The notes under the pieces were generated by a model. The model was not told the origin of the DNA and did not search any database. It saw only the letters and a program-made list of their open reading frames with translations. A stretch of 64,000 nucleotides of DNA from Planctomycetota bacterium (lineage in GTDB: Bacteria; Planctomycetota; UBA8108; UBA1146): contig JAYZBV010000100.1 in NCBI GenBank assembly GCA_036338595.1, forward strand, positions 20,774 through 84,773, read 5' to 3'. This document shows, piece after piece, positions 47,290 through 56,857 of this stretch (its first letter is position 1; the number at the start of each line of letters is the position of its first letter). A program made the position numbers and the translations under genes.

Positions 47290-49176
47290 ATGGCCGACTT
47301 TGATGAAGTCTGGTGCATCGATGCAGGAAAATCATCTCTCAAGGCAGTGAAACTACAGCGAGCCGGAAACGGTGCCGAGGTAATTGCTGCAGAGAAGATT
47401 GATAATCCAGGCGGTGGCGAGGTAGACACCTCGACTGCTGCTGTATCTGCACTGGCCTCACGGCATGATCTGACGGGCGCCGTCGTCGTGACGCTTCCGA
47501 GTAGATCAGCTCTGACCAGTTTTATTCCGATTCCACCCGTGGATGGAAAGAAGCTGGAGGAGTTGATTGGATACGAGGCTCAGCAGAATATTCCCCTGCC
47601 GATCGATGAAGTGATCTGGGGAAGCCATGTCAGTGGCGACACCGAGGAGGGGGAGAAGGAAGTCGGTATCTTTGCTGTTCGCAGCGAAGAGATCTCGGAT
47701 CTTCTGGTCGACTATGATCAAGACGGGGTGGATATCGATCTGCTGACTCTTGGCAATGTCGGCCTGCTGAATCTGATCCGATTCGACCTCAGACCTACTC
47801 GTCCCATCGTGGCACTTGAGATGGGTTCCGATCACACGGACCTGATCATCGTCAACGAGAACAGGTTCTGGTTCAGATCACTTCCTATCGCAGGAAAAGA
47901 CTTCACGAATGCATTAAAGGAGAAGTTTGGCTGTACCGAAGAAGAGGCAGAAAATCTCAAGGTAACGGCCGCTCGATCGGAGCATGCAGCCAAGATCTTC
48001 AAGGAGGTCCAGCCGTTGCTTCGTGATCTCGTCAATGAGATCAACAGGTCGATCGGGTACTACAAATCGCGAGTGGGAGAGGTCAAGGTGGACGACCTTT
48101 TCCTCTTCGGTGGTAGCAGTAAATTGGTGGGGCTTCGCAAGTTCCTCGAGGAAAATCTGAGAATCCGGGTTCAATTGACCAAGAACCTGAACCGAGTTCG
48201 CATCGGTTCTGAAGCGAGCGCTTCAGGGATTCAGCAGGATCTTGCTTCCTACTGCACCGCCATCGGAGCGGGGCTGCAAGCGCTCGGTCTTGGAGATGTT
48301 GACCTGAATCTGCTCCCTCAAGAGAAGCAGGAGGCGGTCGAGTTTCAGAAGAAAAAGAAAACAGTTCTGGTCGCCGCTGCGAGCTTGTATCTGCTGATCG
48401 TGTTCTTCATCCTGAATTTCGGTGGAAAGATCGAACGCGCCCAGGAGGTGCTCGCTTCCGCTGGTGTGGTCAAGGATCTCAAGGCCAATCAGGTTCGGCT
48501 TTCAGACCTGGAGCAGACCGTCTCTCTCGATCTGCAGGCCAAGCAGCAACAGTTGCTGATGCGCGGCGCAGGCCGTCTGGCACCACGTGAAATCCTCAGC
48601 ATCGTCGGCGGCGTGGTCTCTGGCGAGGTTGGCGCCAACATTCTTTCCCAGCGCTCCGAGGCTGGGCCCGAGCACGATAGCATTCGTGGCCAGATCGTGG
48701 CGGACCAGGAAGTCCTCAACAGGCAAAAGACCTGGCTTTCCGGCCTCGATTTCAAAAAGGTGCGCGTCGACGAGAATGGTGTCATCAAGGAAGCCGGTTC
48801 CAAGATCGTCGAAGGGGTCAAGATCTACGACGATCGGTTCCTCGTGGTGCTCACAGGATTCCGATATGACGCCGGAGATTCGCAATCCAATGATCAAAAG
48901 TTGAAGGATCTGGTGGTCGCTCCCATCGAGTTGAAACTCGCTGAGATGTACGGCGAGGGCGATCCCACCATGCCCCGCGTGAGTCGCGAGGTGGGGGGGG
49001 AGATGAGGACGATGTTCCAGAGACATGAGAGTTTCAAGAGCACGGGAAGAACCAGGGGAGTCAAGGTCGACGACGAACGCGACCACGGCGCTATTTTCTA
49101 TCCATGGACGGTGACCTGGATTCATCCACCCCTTCCGGGTTTGGGTGATGAGCCAGGCTCCGGTGATGAAGAATAG
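47290..49176 (+). CDS. pilM: PilM-PilN fusion: actin-like cytoplasmic domain, NLLP motif, TM and periplasmic domain
   Basis: CIDAGKSSLKAV, YEAQQNIPLPIDEVIW, LEMGSDHT, AGKDFT, EINRSIGYY and GGSSKLVGL. Then AIGAGLQ-VDLNLLP (PilN-like), a TM helix and a coiled coil. GAGAGG RBS. Confidence 0.85.
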   Translation: MADFDEVWCIDAGKSSLKAVKLQRAGNGAEVIAAEKIDNPGGGEVDTSTAAVSALASRHDLTGAVVVTLPSRSALTSFIPIPPVDGKKLEELIGYEAQQNIPLPIDEVIWGSHVSGDTEEGEKEVGIFAVRSEEISDLLVDYDQDGVDIDLLTLGNVGLLNLIRFDLRPTRPIVALEMGSDHTDLIIVNENRFWFRSLPIAGKDFTNALKEKFGCTEEEAENLKVTAARSEHAAKIFKEVQPLLRDLVNEINRSIGYYKSRVGEVKVDDLFLFGGSSKLVGLRKFLEENLRIRVQLTKNLNRVRIGSEASASGIQQDLASYCTAIGAGLQALGLGDVDLNLLPQEKQEAVEFQKKKKTVLVAAASLYLLIVFFILNFGGKIERAQEVLASAGVVKDLKANQVRLSDLEQTVSLDLQAKQQQLLMRGAGRLAPREILSIVGGVVSGEVGANILSQRSEAGPEHDSIRGQIVADQEVLNRQKTWLSGLDFKKVRVDENGVIKEAGSKIVEGVKIYDDRFLVVLTGFRYDAGDSQSNDQKLKDLVVAPIELKLAEMYGEGDPTMPRVSREVGGEMRTMFQRHESFKSTGRTRGVKVDDERDHGAIFYPWTVTWIHPPLPGLGDEPGSGDEE

Positions 49177-49184
49177 GGGGCCAC

Positions 49185-50006
49185 ATGAATGACAAACTAT
49201 TCTGGTCGCTCCTCGGAGTCATCCTGCTCGGTTGGATCATCCTGTTCCTGTTCATGGTCGTACCAAAGATGAACGAATACGATGCGGTGACCAAGAAGCT
49301 ATCGAGTGAGAAGCGTGCGATTCAGAAGTATGCCGAAATGGATTCATCGATGCTTCCCACCGAAGATCTTGTCGAGGCCAAGGAGAAGTTCCTGACCAGA
49401 TGGCGCCGTCAGATCGACCGTGCAGAGCAATTCCATGAGAACCGTTCGATTCTCTTTGCCGAGGGTGCCATCAGTGATCTGAGTGCCTGGGCAACACGTT
49501 ACAGGGATAACTTCGAATCGCTTCAAAGTCGCTATAGCCAGCATACGGGCCATCAGTTCGATGCAGAAGATAAGGATCCTCCGTTCGAGATCATGGACGA
49601 CATCTCTGATCCCGGACAGGTCGAGAAGTATGAGCGGAGCTGGAAGGTGCAAAAGGATCTTGTCGATCGCATCATTGCAATTCCTGGAGCTTCCATCGAC
49701 GAATTGACCATCGCCAAGAAGACAACTAGAAAGTCAAACCAGGCCGATTCCGGTGTATTCCCCGTGGTCTTGTTTGCGAAAGTACCTCCTGCCAGTGTCG
49801 GCAGCCTGGTCGACGGTCTTCTTCGCCATACCTATGTCGACTTCGAGGTCAAGCATCTGGCCATCGCCAAGGATAAGGCTGGCCTGATCTTTGATGTTGT
49901 CGAGGAACTGGAAGAAGGAAGCGCTGGCATCGGATCCGAGCCTGTTGTGTTGTTACTCATCGAAATGAATGTGCTCCACGGCGTGGTTGCCGAGAGCAGC
50001 CAGTAG
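49185..50006 (+). CDS. PilO/GspM-like bitopic inner-membrane protein
   Basis: N-terminal TM (WSLLGVILLGWIILFLFMVVP), coiled coil and ferredoxin-like C-terminal pattern. Lies directly after pilM-N. Confidence 0.5.
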   Translation: MNDKLFWSLLGVILLGWIILFLFMVVPKMNEYDAVTKKLSSEKRAIQKYAEMDSSMLPTEDLVEAKEKFLTRWRRQIDRAEQFHENRSILFAEGAISDLSAWATRYRDNFESLQSRYSQHTGHQFDAEDKDPPFEIMDDISDPGQVEKYERSWKVQKDLVDRIIAIPGASIDELTIAKKTTRKSNQADSGVFPVVLFAKVPPASVGSLVDGLLRHTYVDFEVKHLAIAKDKAGLIFDVVEELEEGSAGIGSEPVVLLLIEMNVLHGVVAESSQ

Positions 50007-50020
50007 GAACGAGGCAGTCA

Positions 50021-51124
50021 GTGCAGAATATCGACAAGTGGGCCGGTGCAGTGGCAATCCTGGTCCTGGTGGTTGGATTCGCCTGGTCTTTACTGATGAA
50101 AGATCAGGGGGGGGAGTACTCGGATGCTATCGAAAGAGCCGACGATAGGATCAACGAGATTTCTGCCGCACAAAACCTGGGACCCCAAGCGCCTCCTGAA
50201 GTCGAGAATGAGGTCCGAAGTGCCTACTCCTTCCAGGGGGAAACCAGGATTCCAGAATGGGCCTTTTACCGCCGTCCTGCTCGACTGGAACTGTTCAGCA
50301 CCGCAGTGGCTCTTCCTCCGCAATTGAGTGAGAACTGGATCGCCAGAGTTGATGTCGTCAGGGTGGCCGAAAATCGCTCGACGATTCACAAGATCAGTGG
50401 TCGACACTGCGCGTTCGAACGTGCCGAGATCGTGTCTTGCAGTCTCGAGATGAGTGTCGGTTCCGAAGACTGGGCCAAGGTGGCATCTTTCCCGGGTGCC
50501 GCATCGGGTGCCGAGTTCTCGCATCTGGTCGACGTCTCCCTGGAGCCCGGAAAAGCCTATCGCTACCGTATTGTGACGCGAGGCCGATCCACCAGTTCGA
50601 TCGCCTTTTCTGCGGGCGCTGATGTTGTGACATCGGCTGCGACCGGAGCGGTTCTTTTTCCAGCGGATTCCATCTGGCGAGTCAGTGGTGCTCAGATAGG
50701 TAAGCTGGATTCAGGCGGTAACTTCGTTCCAGGGCGAGTGACGATACAGAACTCGTACTGGGATTGGGATTCAGCCTCGACGAAACGCAATACCAAGATC
50801 ATCACGGAGAGCGCCCAGGGTGTACCCGGGATTGATCTATTCGGAACCGGATACAGCCTCGAGCGAATCCAGGATACGGCAGACGGTCGCACCGTCGTGC
50901 TCAAGGACGCAACGGGCAAGCGTATGTATCTCAAGAACAATGCCGATCCCCAACCGCTGGTCCCAGATGGGTGGGCAAATCTGGATGGGGATCCTGCGGA
51001 TGCATCGGAAATCGAATCGGATGATGCGGAGACTCCCGAGGCAATTCCTGATGAGGAGAAGCCCGTGGAGCCTGCGAAACCTCGTCCCAGCGGCGGCGGA
51101 CTCTTCGGAGGTGGAGACGACTGA
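50021..51124 (+). CDS. Membrane-anchored periplasmic protein with FN3-like domain and acidic/Pro-rich tail
   Basis: N-terminal TM, LEPGKAYRYRIV FN3 signature and C-terminal DDAETPEAIPDEEKPVEPAKPRPS. Confidence 0.5.
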   Translation: MQNIDKWAGAVAILVLVVGFAWSLLMKDQGGEYSDAIERADDRINEISAAQNLGPQAPPEVENEVRSAYSFQGETRIPEWAFYRRPARLELFSTAVALPPQLSENWIARVDVVRVAENRSTIHKISGRHCAFERAEIVSCSLEMSVGSEDWAKVASFPGAASGAEFSHLVDVSLEPGKAYRYRIVTRGRSTSSIAFSAGADVVTSAATGAVLFPADSIWRVSGAQIGKLDSGGNFVPGRVTIQNSYWDWDSASTKRNTKIITESAQGVPGIDLFGTGYSLERIQDTADGRTVVLKDATGKRMYLKNNADPQPLVPDGWANLDGDPADASEIESDDAETPEAIPDEEKPVEPAKPRPSGGGLFGGGDD

Positions 51125-51408
51125 TCGACAACCAGGGATGCCGCCCAGCAGGTCGGCACAGCCAAGGGGCTGATTCGATCTGCGGGACGGTATCGATGAC
51201 AATGAACTGCGAGTCGCCGGGGCCATGCCATGGTTCCCATACGCTGGCAGGGGAACCCGGGAGCCGTTTCTCGGGGGTCGGAATGGATGAAAATCGGAAA
51301 GATCGGGGATCGGAACATCTGATCCCTGGAGACACACGCCCTTCAAGGGCCGGCATCTGCATTGAGGCGCCGGATCCAGGGTTGGCCGTGCGAAGCAAGG
51401 AGAGATTG

Positions 51409-53913
51409 ATGACGAATATCCTGCGGGCATCTTCTGCGCGAGTCGGTGCGCTGATCTTCGCGTGCTTTCTGTTGCTCGTTTGCGGAACTGCCAGTCCAGT
51501 GTCTGCCTATCAGGCAGATGATGTGGATGAACTGATCCGTGATATTGCCCTCGAAGGCCAGGAGCGAGTCAAAGCTTCTCAGTCTGCCACCGAGGCGGCG
51601 CAGAAGTTGATGAACGAACTCCGGTATGTTGAGGCCGAAGATAAGTTGCAGGAGGCCGTTCGCCTCGATCCGGGAAATGATGATGCCCGGCAGAAGCTGG
51701 AGACGGTGCTGCTGATCCTTGGAGATCGAAGCGGTGACATCCAGGATCTGAGGAGACGTCTGGTCGAGGAGAAGAATGTTCGTCTTCAGCAGGATGTGTT
51801 CGAACTGGAGAGACTCTATCTCTCCGGGCGTCGTGCCATGGACGACAACGATTATGACAAGGCGATCACTGTATTCGATCAGGTTCTGGAACGGATTCGC
51901 TGGTTCCCCTTCGACTTTGACCTCAGCGATCAGCAGAACCGCGCCAAGCAATCCAAGCAGGAGGCGACCAGGCTGCGCCAGCAGGCGACAGCTGCTGCTC
52001 GCAGAGAGCAAGAGATGCGCATCCTCTCCCAGGCCGAGTCAGAGATGGCTCGCTCTGTTTCCTTCATCCAGAACCGGATCGAGGAAGTGCTGCGCCAGGC
52101 CCGTCGTCTCTTTGCAGAGAGGGACTACGAGGCGGTGATTGACCTCTGTGATACCGTGCTGAATCTCGACCCAACGCGACAGGATGTCCGCGCACTGCGG
52201 AGAGAAGCTGCGGAGTTGAGACACATGTACGAGGTTCTGGATTCGGGCATGCAAACAGCCGTCGAGTGGGATCGGACCTTCATCTCGCAGCTGGAATCCG
52301 AGATCCCTTACACCGACATCTTCAATTTCCCCTCTCGGGAAGACTGGATGCGGATCAGCCGCCAGGACCAGAGCCTGGAGCAAAGGCTGCAAGCCGTTGA
52401 GAGCGCCCAGGAGCAGAGTATTCGAAGCAAGTTGCGAGTTCGGGTGGCGAGCGTTGAATTCCCGGATGAGCCCTTCGATCAGGTGATGAAGTTCTTGTCG
52501 GATCTGTCAGGCATCAACTTTGTACTGACGATGGAAGCGCGTGAAGCACTCGAAGGTGGCGATGGCATGGTGCGACTGGCTGAGGTTTCCGACCTGCCGC
52601 TGGAAAATGTTTTGAACCTGGTTCTTTCAGGGAACGAACCGCCATTTTCGTACGTCATCCGTTCGGGGGCTGTGCTGGTTGGACCTTCCGATTCCATCAG
52701 GAATGATCTTTTCCTGGAGTTCTACGAGGTCTCCGACATCACCAAGGACCATCCGGACTTCCGGGCACCCAAACTTGCGCTCCAGTCGAGCCAGGACGGT
52801 GACGCCGGTGGTGGTGGGGGCCTGTTTGACCTCGGAGGTGAAGAAGACACGCAGGAGACGACGCTAGATAGTGACCTGCTGGTCGAACTGGTGATCACTG
52901 CACTCTTCGGAGATGAAGGAGAACCAGATGGTGAGAGCGTCAAGTACCAGAACGGAAAGCTGGTGGCGCGTACTACCCTGGAAAACCACAGGAAGTTGAT
53001 CCAGTTGCTCCAGGCATTGCGCAAGTCAACAGGAGTGATGGTGACGGTTGAAGCGCGCTTCATCGATCTCCAGGACAACTTCCTCGAGTCTATTGGTGTC
53101 GACTACGGAAATCCCTTCAACTCGAATCTGCCGAACCCGATCAATGACACGGATGGTGCGGGTGCTCAGATTGCATCCGGTTTCGAAATTGTTGATGCAC
53201 AGGGCGAAATCGATGTCAGGGCTGCTGCCTACAATGCTTTCTCGTTGCCGCTGGGCTCCTCGGTCTCTCCATTCGAGATCAGTAACCGCGGTGGGTTTGC
53301 CCTTCAGTACAATGTTCTCGACACCTATGCACTTGAGGCGATTCTCGAAGCGAACCAGAAGTCGCAACAGTTCCGTCGTCTCGACGCGCCTCGCGTGACT
53401 GCGTTCAATACCCAGATTTCTCACTCATTGGTGATAGATCAGAGCGCATATATCGCGGACGCCGAGGTCAACCAGACTGGCGTGGTGCCGGTCATCAATC
53501 CTGTCATCGAGATCCTCAATGCAGGTTCCATCCTGCAGGTACGCCCCACGGTGAGCCACGACAGGAAGTATGTGATCCTGGAGATCGAGCCGACGCTGGC
53601 AGTGCAGTTGCCTTCTCGTTTCAAGACGCTGACGCTGGGGCTGACCAACCTCAATGTCGAGTTCCCGGTGCTGTCGGTCACCAACATCAAGACTACGGTG
53701 ACGATTCCCGATGGAGGCACGGTACTGGTCGGTGGACTGAAACGAACCATCACCCAGGACTCTCAGGTTGGAATCCCAAGTATCTCACGGTTGCCGCTGC
53801 TAGATTTTCTGCTCGGAAGAAAGGGTCAAGCACGGATGCAGTCAAATCTGTTTGTGCTGATCAGTTCGAAAATCACCGTGATTCGTGATGAGGAGAGCAA
53901 GAGGTTCAACTGA
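51409..53913 (+). CDS. Secretin 1 (T2SS/T4P family) with N-terminal TPR/coiled-coil extension
   Basis: Signal peptide, TPR (AVRLDPGND) and STN-like domain (VEFPDEPFDQVMKFLSDLSGINFV). MVTVEARFI, APRVTAFN, LQVRPTVSHDRKYV, TTVTIPDGGTVLVGGL and GIPSISRLP. AAGGAG RBS. Confidence 0.85.
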   Translation: MTNILRASSARVGALIFACFLLLVCGTASPVSAYQADDVDELIRDIALEGQERVKASQSATEAAQKLMNELRYVEAEDKLQEAVRLDPGNDDARQKLETVLLILGDRSGDIQDLRRRLVEEKNVRLQQDVFELERLYLSGRRAMDDNDYDKAITVFDQVLERIRWFPFDFDLSDQQNRAKQSKQEATRLRQQATAAARREQEMRILSQAESEMARSVSFIQNRIEEVLRQARRLFAERDYEAVIDLCDTVLNLDPTRQDVRALRREAAELRHMYEVLDSGMQTAVEWDRTFISQLESEIPYTDIFNFPSREDWMRISRQDQSLEQRLQAVESAQEQSIRSKLRVRVASVEFPDEPFDQVMKFLSDLSGINFVLTMEAREALEGGDGMVRLAEVSDLPLENVLNLVLSGNEPPFSYVIRSGAVLVGPSDSIRNDLFLEFYEVSDITKDHPDFRAPKLALQSSQDGDAGGGGGLFDLGGEEDTQETTLDSDLLVELVITALFGDEGEPDGESVKYQNGKLVARTTLENHRKLIQLLQALRKSTGVMVTVEARFIDLQDNFLESIGVDYGNPFNSNLPNPINDTDGAGAQIASGFEIVDAQGEIDVRAAAYNAFSLPLGSSVSPFEISNRGGFALQYNVLDTYALEAILEANQKSQQFRRLDAPRVTAFNTQISHSLVIDQSAYIADAEVNQTGVVPVINPVIEILNAGSILQVRPTVSHDRKYVILEIEPTLAVQLPSRFKTLTLGLTNLNVEFPVLSVTNIKTTVTIPDGGTVLVGGLKRTITQDSQVGIPSISRLPLLDFLLGRKGQARMQSNLFVLISSKITVIRDEESKRFN

Positions 53914-53981
53914 GTCGCTGGTTGCCTGAAGTTTAGTTGCACGGCATGAATGTCGTTGCCCGCGCCGGGGAGGCGGGGATG

Positions 53982-54017
53982 GAATTGATGAAGTCACAGA
54001 ATTGATGAAGTCACAGA
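53982..54017. repeat. Perfect 17-bp tandem duplication GAATTGATGAAGTCACA at the start of the 951-aa TPR gene
   Basis: Copies at 53982-53998 and 53999-54015, plus GA. Confidence 0.9.
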
Positions 54018-56857
54018 GCCGATCTGAGTGGGAATCCGTCAGGTTTCCTGCACTGCTATGTTTGTGGGTCTGGGTGTCGCTGATTGCGACTCCTCTGGCT
54101 CCTGCACAGAGTATTGGTCGTGGTGATCTGACCAGCGAAGAGACGCTGCTGGTGAGGGAACTGCTCGTGACATACAGCAGCCCCGATCTTGCTCGCATCT
54201 GGATCGCCTCCCGTCAAAAAACAGCCAGCGGATCGGGAAGAGCCACTCTCGAGTACTTCCTTGCCGACGCAGTGCGCATCGAGGGAGATGTGGATCGGTA
54301 CGAGGAGATGATTCTCGCGCTCGCAAAGAGGTATCCAGACCACTCCCGTTCGAAGGGCGCAAAACTGGAGGCTGTCCTGGCTGCGATGTTGAGGCTCTCC
54401 GATGCCAACACGGAGGCTGTCTTTGCGACCAGTCCCTCTGACCGCAACAGATTCATCCAGGACCGGGATCGGATCTGGGAAGACGAGGTCCGTAGAGTCC
54501 TCGAGGACAACATCCGGATTCAAAACTCTGACGTGGATTCCATCGAGGCCCAGGTCATCGCAGTTTCGCCTTCCAATCCGGAGCAGAAACAGCAACTCGT
54601 GGCCCAGATGAATGAAAAAGTCGAGATTCGAGATCTGTGGGAGTTCCAGTTGCTGGCGGCGATTCAAACCTACTCCGCCTTGCTGCCCGACGATTCGCCG
54701 AAAAAGGTCGATCTGTTCAATGAACTTGCGGAAAGAGCCAAGGGATTTGTCGATCAACGCTACGAGAACTTTGGTCGACGATACAGGGCGCAACTGATCT
54801 ACGGTCAAGCCCTTGCCGCTTCCGGGAAGCCGGAACAGGCTGCTGCTGAACTGGAACTTCTTGTCGACATCGAACCGAGTGGCGACCCTCCCTATGCGGC
54901 TGAGGTGGTTCAGTTCATCCGCAGCTTGAGAATCGAGTCCCTGGCAGGTTCGCTGGCCGCTTATAATCGTGCGTCTCGAGCCTCCGATGCGCTGGAGTTG
55001 CTCGAGTATCTGTTCGAGGAGATCGATCCCAACTTCCCATACCGGAGAACGCCTGAGGATCCGGAAATCGCACCGCTGGTAGCGATGCTCGATGTAGAGG
55101 AAGCGATCTCTCGAATTGCTGGAGGAGATCGGGTGGGTGGGCTTGCGTTGCTGAATGACCTGATCGATCGCTACGATCATCCCGATTCCTGGAAAGCGGA
55201 TCCAGCTGGTACGAGGGAGACACTGGATCGCCTATCTCGAGGAATCAGCCGCCTCATTGACATGCGGGTGGGTTCTCTGGAACCCGAGTTGTATGTGCGA
55301 GGTGCGGCAGGATTCCGTGACCGTGGACAACCGGTGCTGGCAGTCGAAACTGCAAAACACGCCCTCTCGGCCGGCACGAGTGACAAGAATTCGAAGCAGT
55401 GGAAGGCCAAGGCGCTCTACGAGATCGGCGAATCAAACGATGTTCTGGGCAGGACCGAAGAAGCGGCACTGGCTTACCAGACCCTTGTCGAGTCGTACCC
55501 CGAGAGCGAAGTGGTCGCGATGGCGAGTCAGAACTTCTTTGCCATCGTCGGGGACCTCGGAGTCGATCAGGGCGGTGCCTGGGCTGAATTGATTCCTGTA
55601 GCTGAGAAATATTTTGCGGATAATTCCCAGGGTCTCGGTAGCGAACAACTGAAGTTGCAGCAAGCGACAGAGGCCGAGATGGAGGGGGACTACCGCAAGG
55701 CACGGGATCTGTTCAGAAGAATTGTTGCCCACTACGACGATGGTGCGGGAGATGTCCGCGTCCCATTCTTCTACAGGGCTCGCGCTGGCGGGGCTCGATG
55801 CCTCTTCAGGATGGGCACGGATGTCGAACAGGCGACCAGGGATGCCGCTGGCGAGATTCTTGCCTTGCTCGACGGTGCTCGCAACGACCGAGATGTGTCG
55901 GGCGAGTCTGCACTCAGATATGAACTGGCTCGAATCTACTGGAGTGATCGAGGCGAAGATGCCGAGAAGGCGATCTCTGCGCTTCAACCTGTGCTCGATA
56001 AACTGGCCGGTACCGGAGTATATCGCGAAGGTGCGGTTTTACTTCTTCATGAGATTCAGTGTGCTGACGGCAAGATCGCCGCTGCTGAGAAGAGCCTGGC
56101 CGAGATTCGCAGGAGCTGGTCGAAAGAGCACTCCCTGGTTGTCGCAACCTACAACCACATCGAAGCGTGTCGGCTCGGTTCGGAAACCGAGCAAAAGCGT
56201 CGTGCTGGCGAACTGGTGCTGGATTGGATCAAGTTGCCCGGGGCAAACTTCGATGAATCGGATCCAGCGGTGCGACTCGGGTTGGCCAACATCCTCATCG
56301 AGGGCAATTTTGCGGATGAGGCTGCCTTGATGCTTTCCGGGGCGCAAAAGGCACTGGAGGGTACGGACGATCCGGTGCTCGATATTGGAGTTTCATACTT
56401 CCTCGCCAAGGCAGCAAATGCTGCGAGCAAGCATCTGGATGCTCTCAAGAGCCTCGACACCATCATCGAGCGATACAACGATGACACATATAACGGTACC
56501 TACCCCGATGCGCCTTTCGTGTTTGTGCAGAGGGCCGTCGCGCACCGCGGATTGTACGAGAAAGACCGCGATGCCGGACGCCTGGAGAAGATGGCGGATG
56601 ACCTGACGGCGGCTCTGGCAATTCTCGACCAGCGTCGACAATCTCTCATCTTTGCCGGCGGCTCGACGCCGCTCTTCGAGCGAGATTACTGGGCAACATG
56701 GCTGCAGTATCTGGAGGTATTGAAGGCGAGACGGATGTGCGAACGAGTGGTACTTCTGATCAGTAGTCGAAGGTTGATGGCGGGTGGAGAGACGGCAGCA
56801 TTTGCTCCGACTTCCCTGCAGGGTCGATTCGACCAGCTGGAGAAGGATTGCCAGTGA
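54005..56857 (+). CDS. Large exported TPR/alpha-solenoid protein
   Basis: Signal-like ALLCLWVWVSLIATPLAPAQ. TPR motifs (LAKRYPD, ALYEIGE...AYQTLVESYPES). Confidence 0.65.
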   Translation: MKSQSRSEWESVRFPALLCLWVWVSLIATPLAPAQSIGRGDLTSEETLLVRELLVTYSSPDLARIWIASRQKTASGSGRATLEYFLADAVRIEGDVDRYEEMILALAKRYPDHSRSKGAKLEAVLAAMLRLSDANTEAVFATSPSDRNRFIQDRDRIWEDEVRRVLEDNIRIQNSDVDSIEAQVIAVSPSNPEQKQQLVAQMNEKVEIRDLWEFQLLAAIQTYSALLPDDSPKKVDLFNELAERAKGFVDQRYENFGRRYRAQLIYGQALAASGKPEQAAAELELLVDIEPSGDPPYAAEVVQFIRSLRIESLAGSLAAYNRASRASDALELLEYLFEEIDPNFPYRRTPEDPEIAPLVAMLDVEEAISRIAGGDRVGGLALLNDLIDRYDHPDSWKADPAGTRETLDRLSRGISRLIDMRVGSLEPELYVRGAAGFRDRGQPVLAVETAKHALSAGTSDKNSKQWKAKALYEIGESNDVLGRTEEAALAYQTLVESYPESEVVAMASQNFFAIVGDLGVDQGGAWAELIPVAEKYFADNSQGLGSEQLKLQQATEAEMEGDYRKARDLFRRIVAHYDDGAGDVRVPFFYRARAGGARCLFRMGTDVEQATRDAAGEILALLDGARNDRDVSGESALRYELARIYWSDRGEDAEKAISALQPVLDKLAGTGVYREGAVLLLHEIQCADGKIAAAEKSLAEIRRSWSKEHSLVVATYNHIEACRLGSETEQKRRAGELVLDWIKLPGANFDESDPAVRLGLANILIEGNFADEAALMLSGAQKALEGTDDPVLDIGVSYFLAKAANAASKHLDALKSLDTIIERYNDDTYNGTYPDAPFVFVQRAVAHRGLYEKDRDAGRLEKMADDLTAALAILDQRRQSLIFAGGSTPLFERDYWATWLQYLEVLKARRMCERVVLLISSRRLMAGGETAAFAPTSLQGRFDQLEKDCQ

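Noticed and set aside
51166..51190. GGGGCTGATTCGA, resembling a tmRNA 5' end
   Set aside because: No matching T-arm/CCA 3' end or tag reading frame was found downstream.
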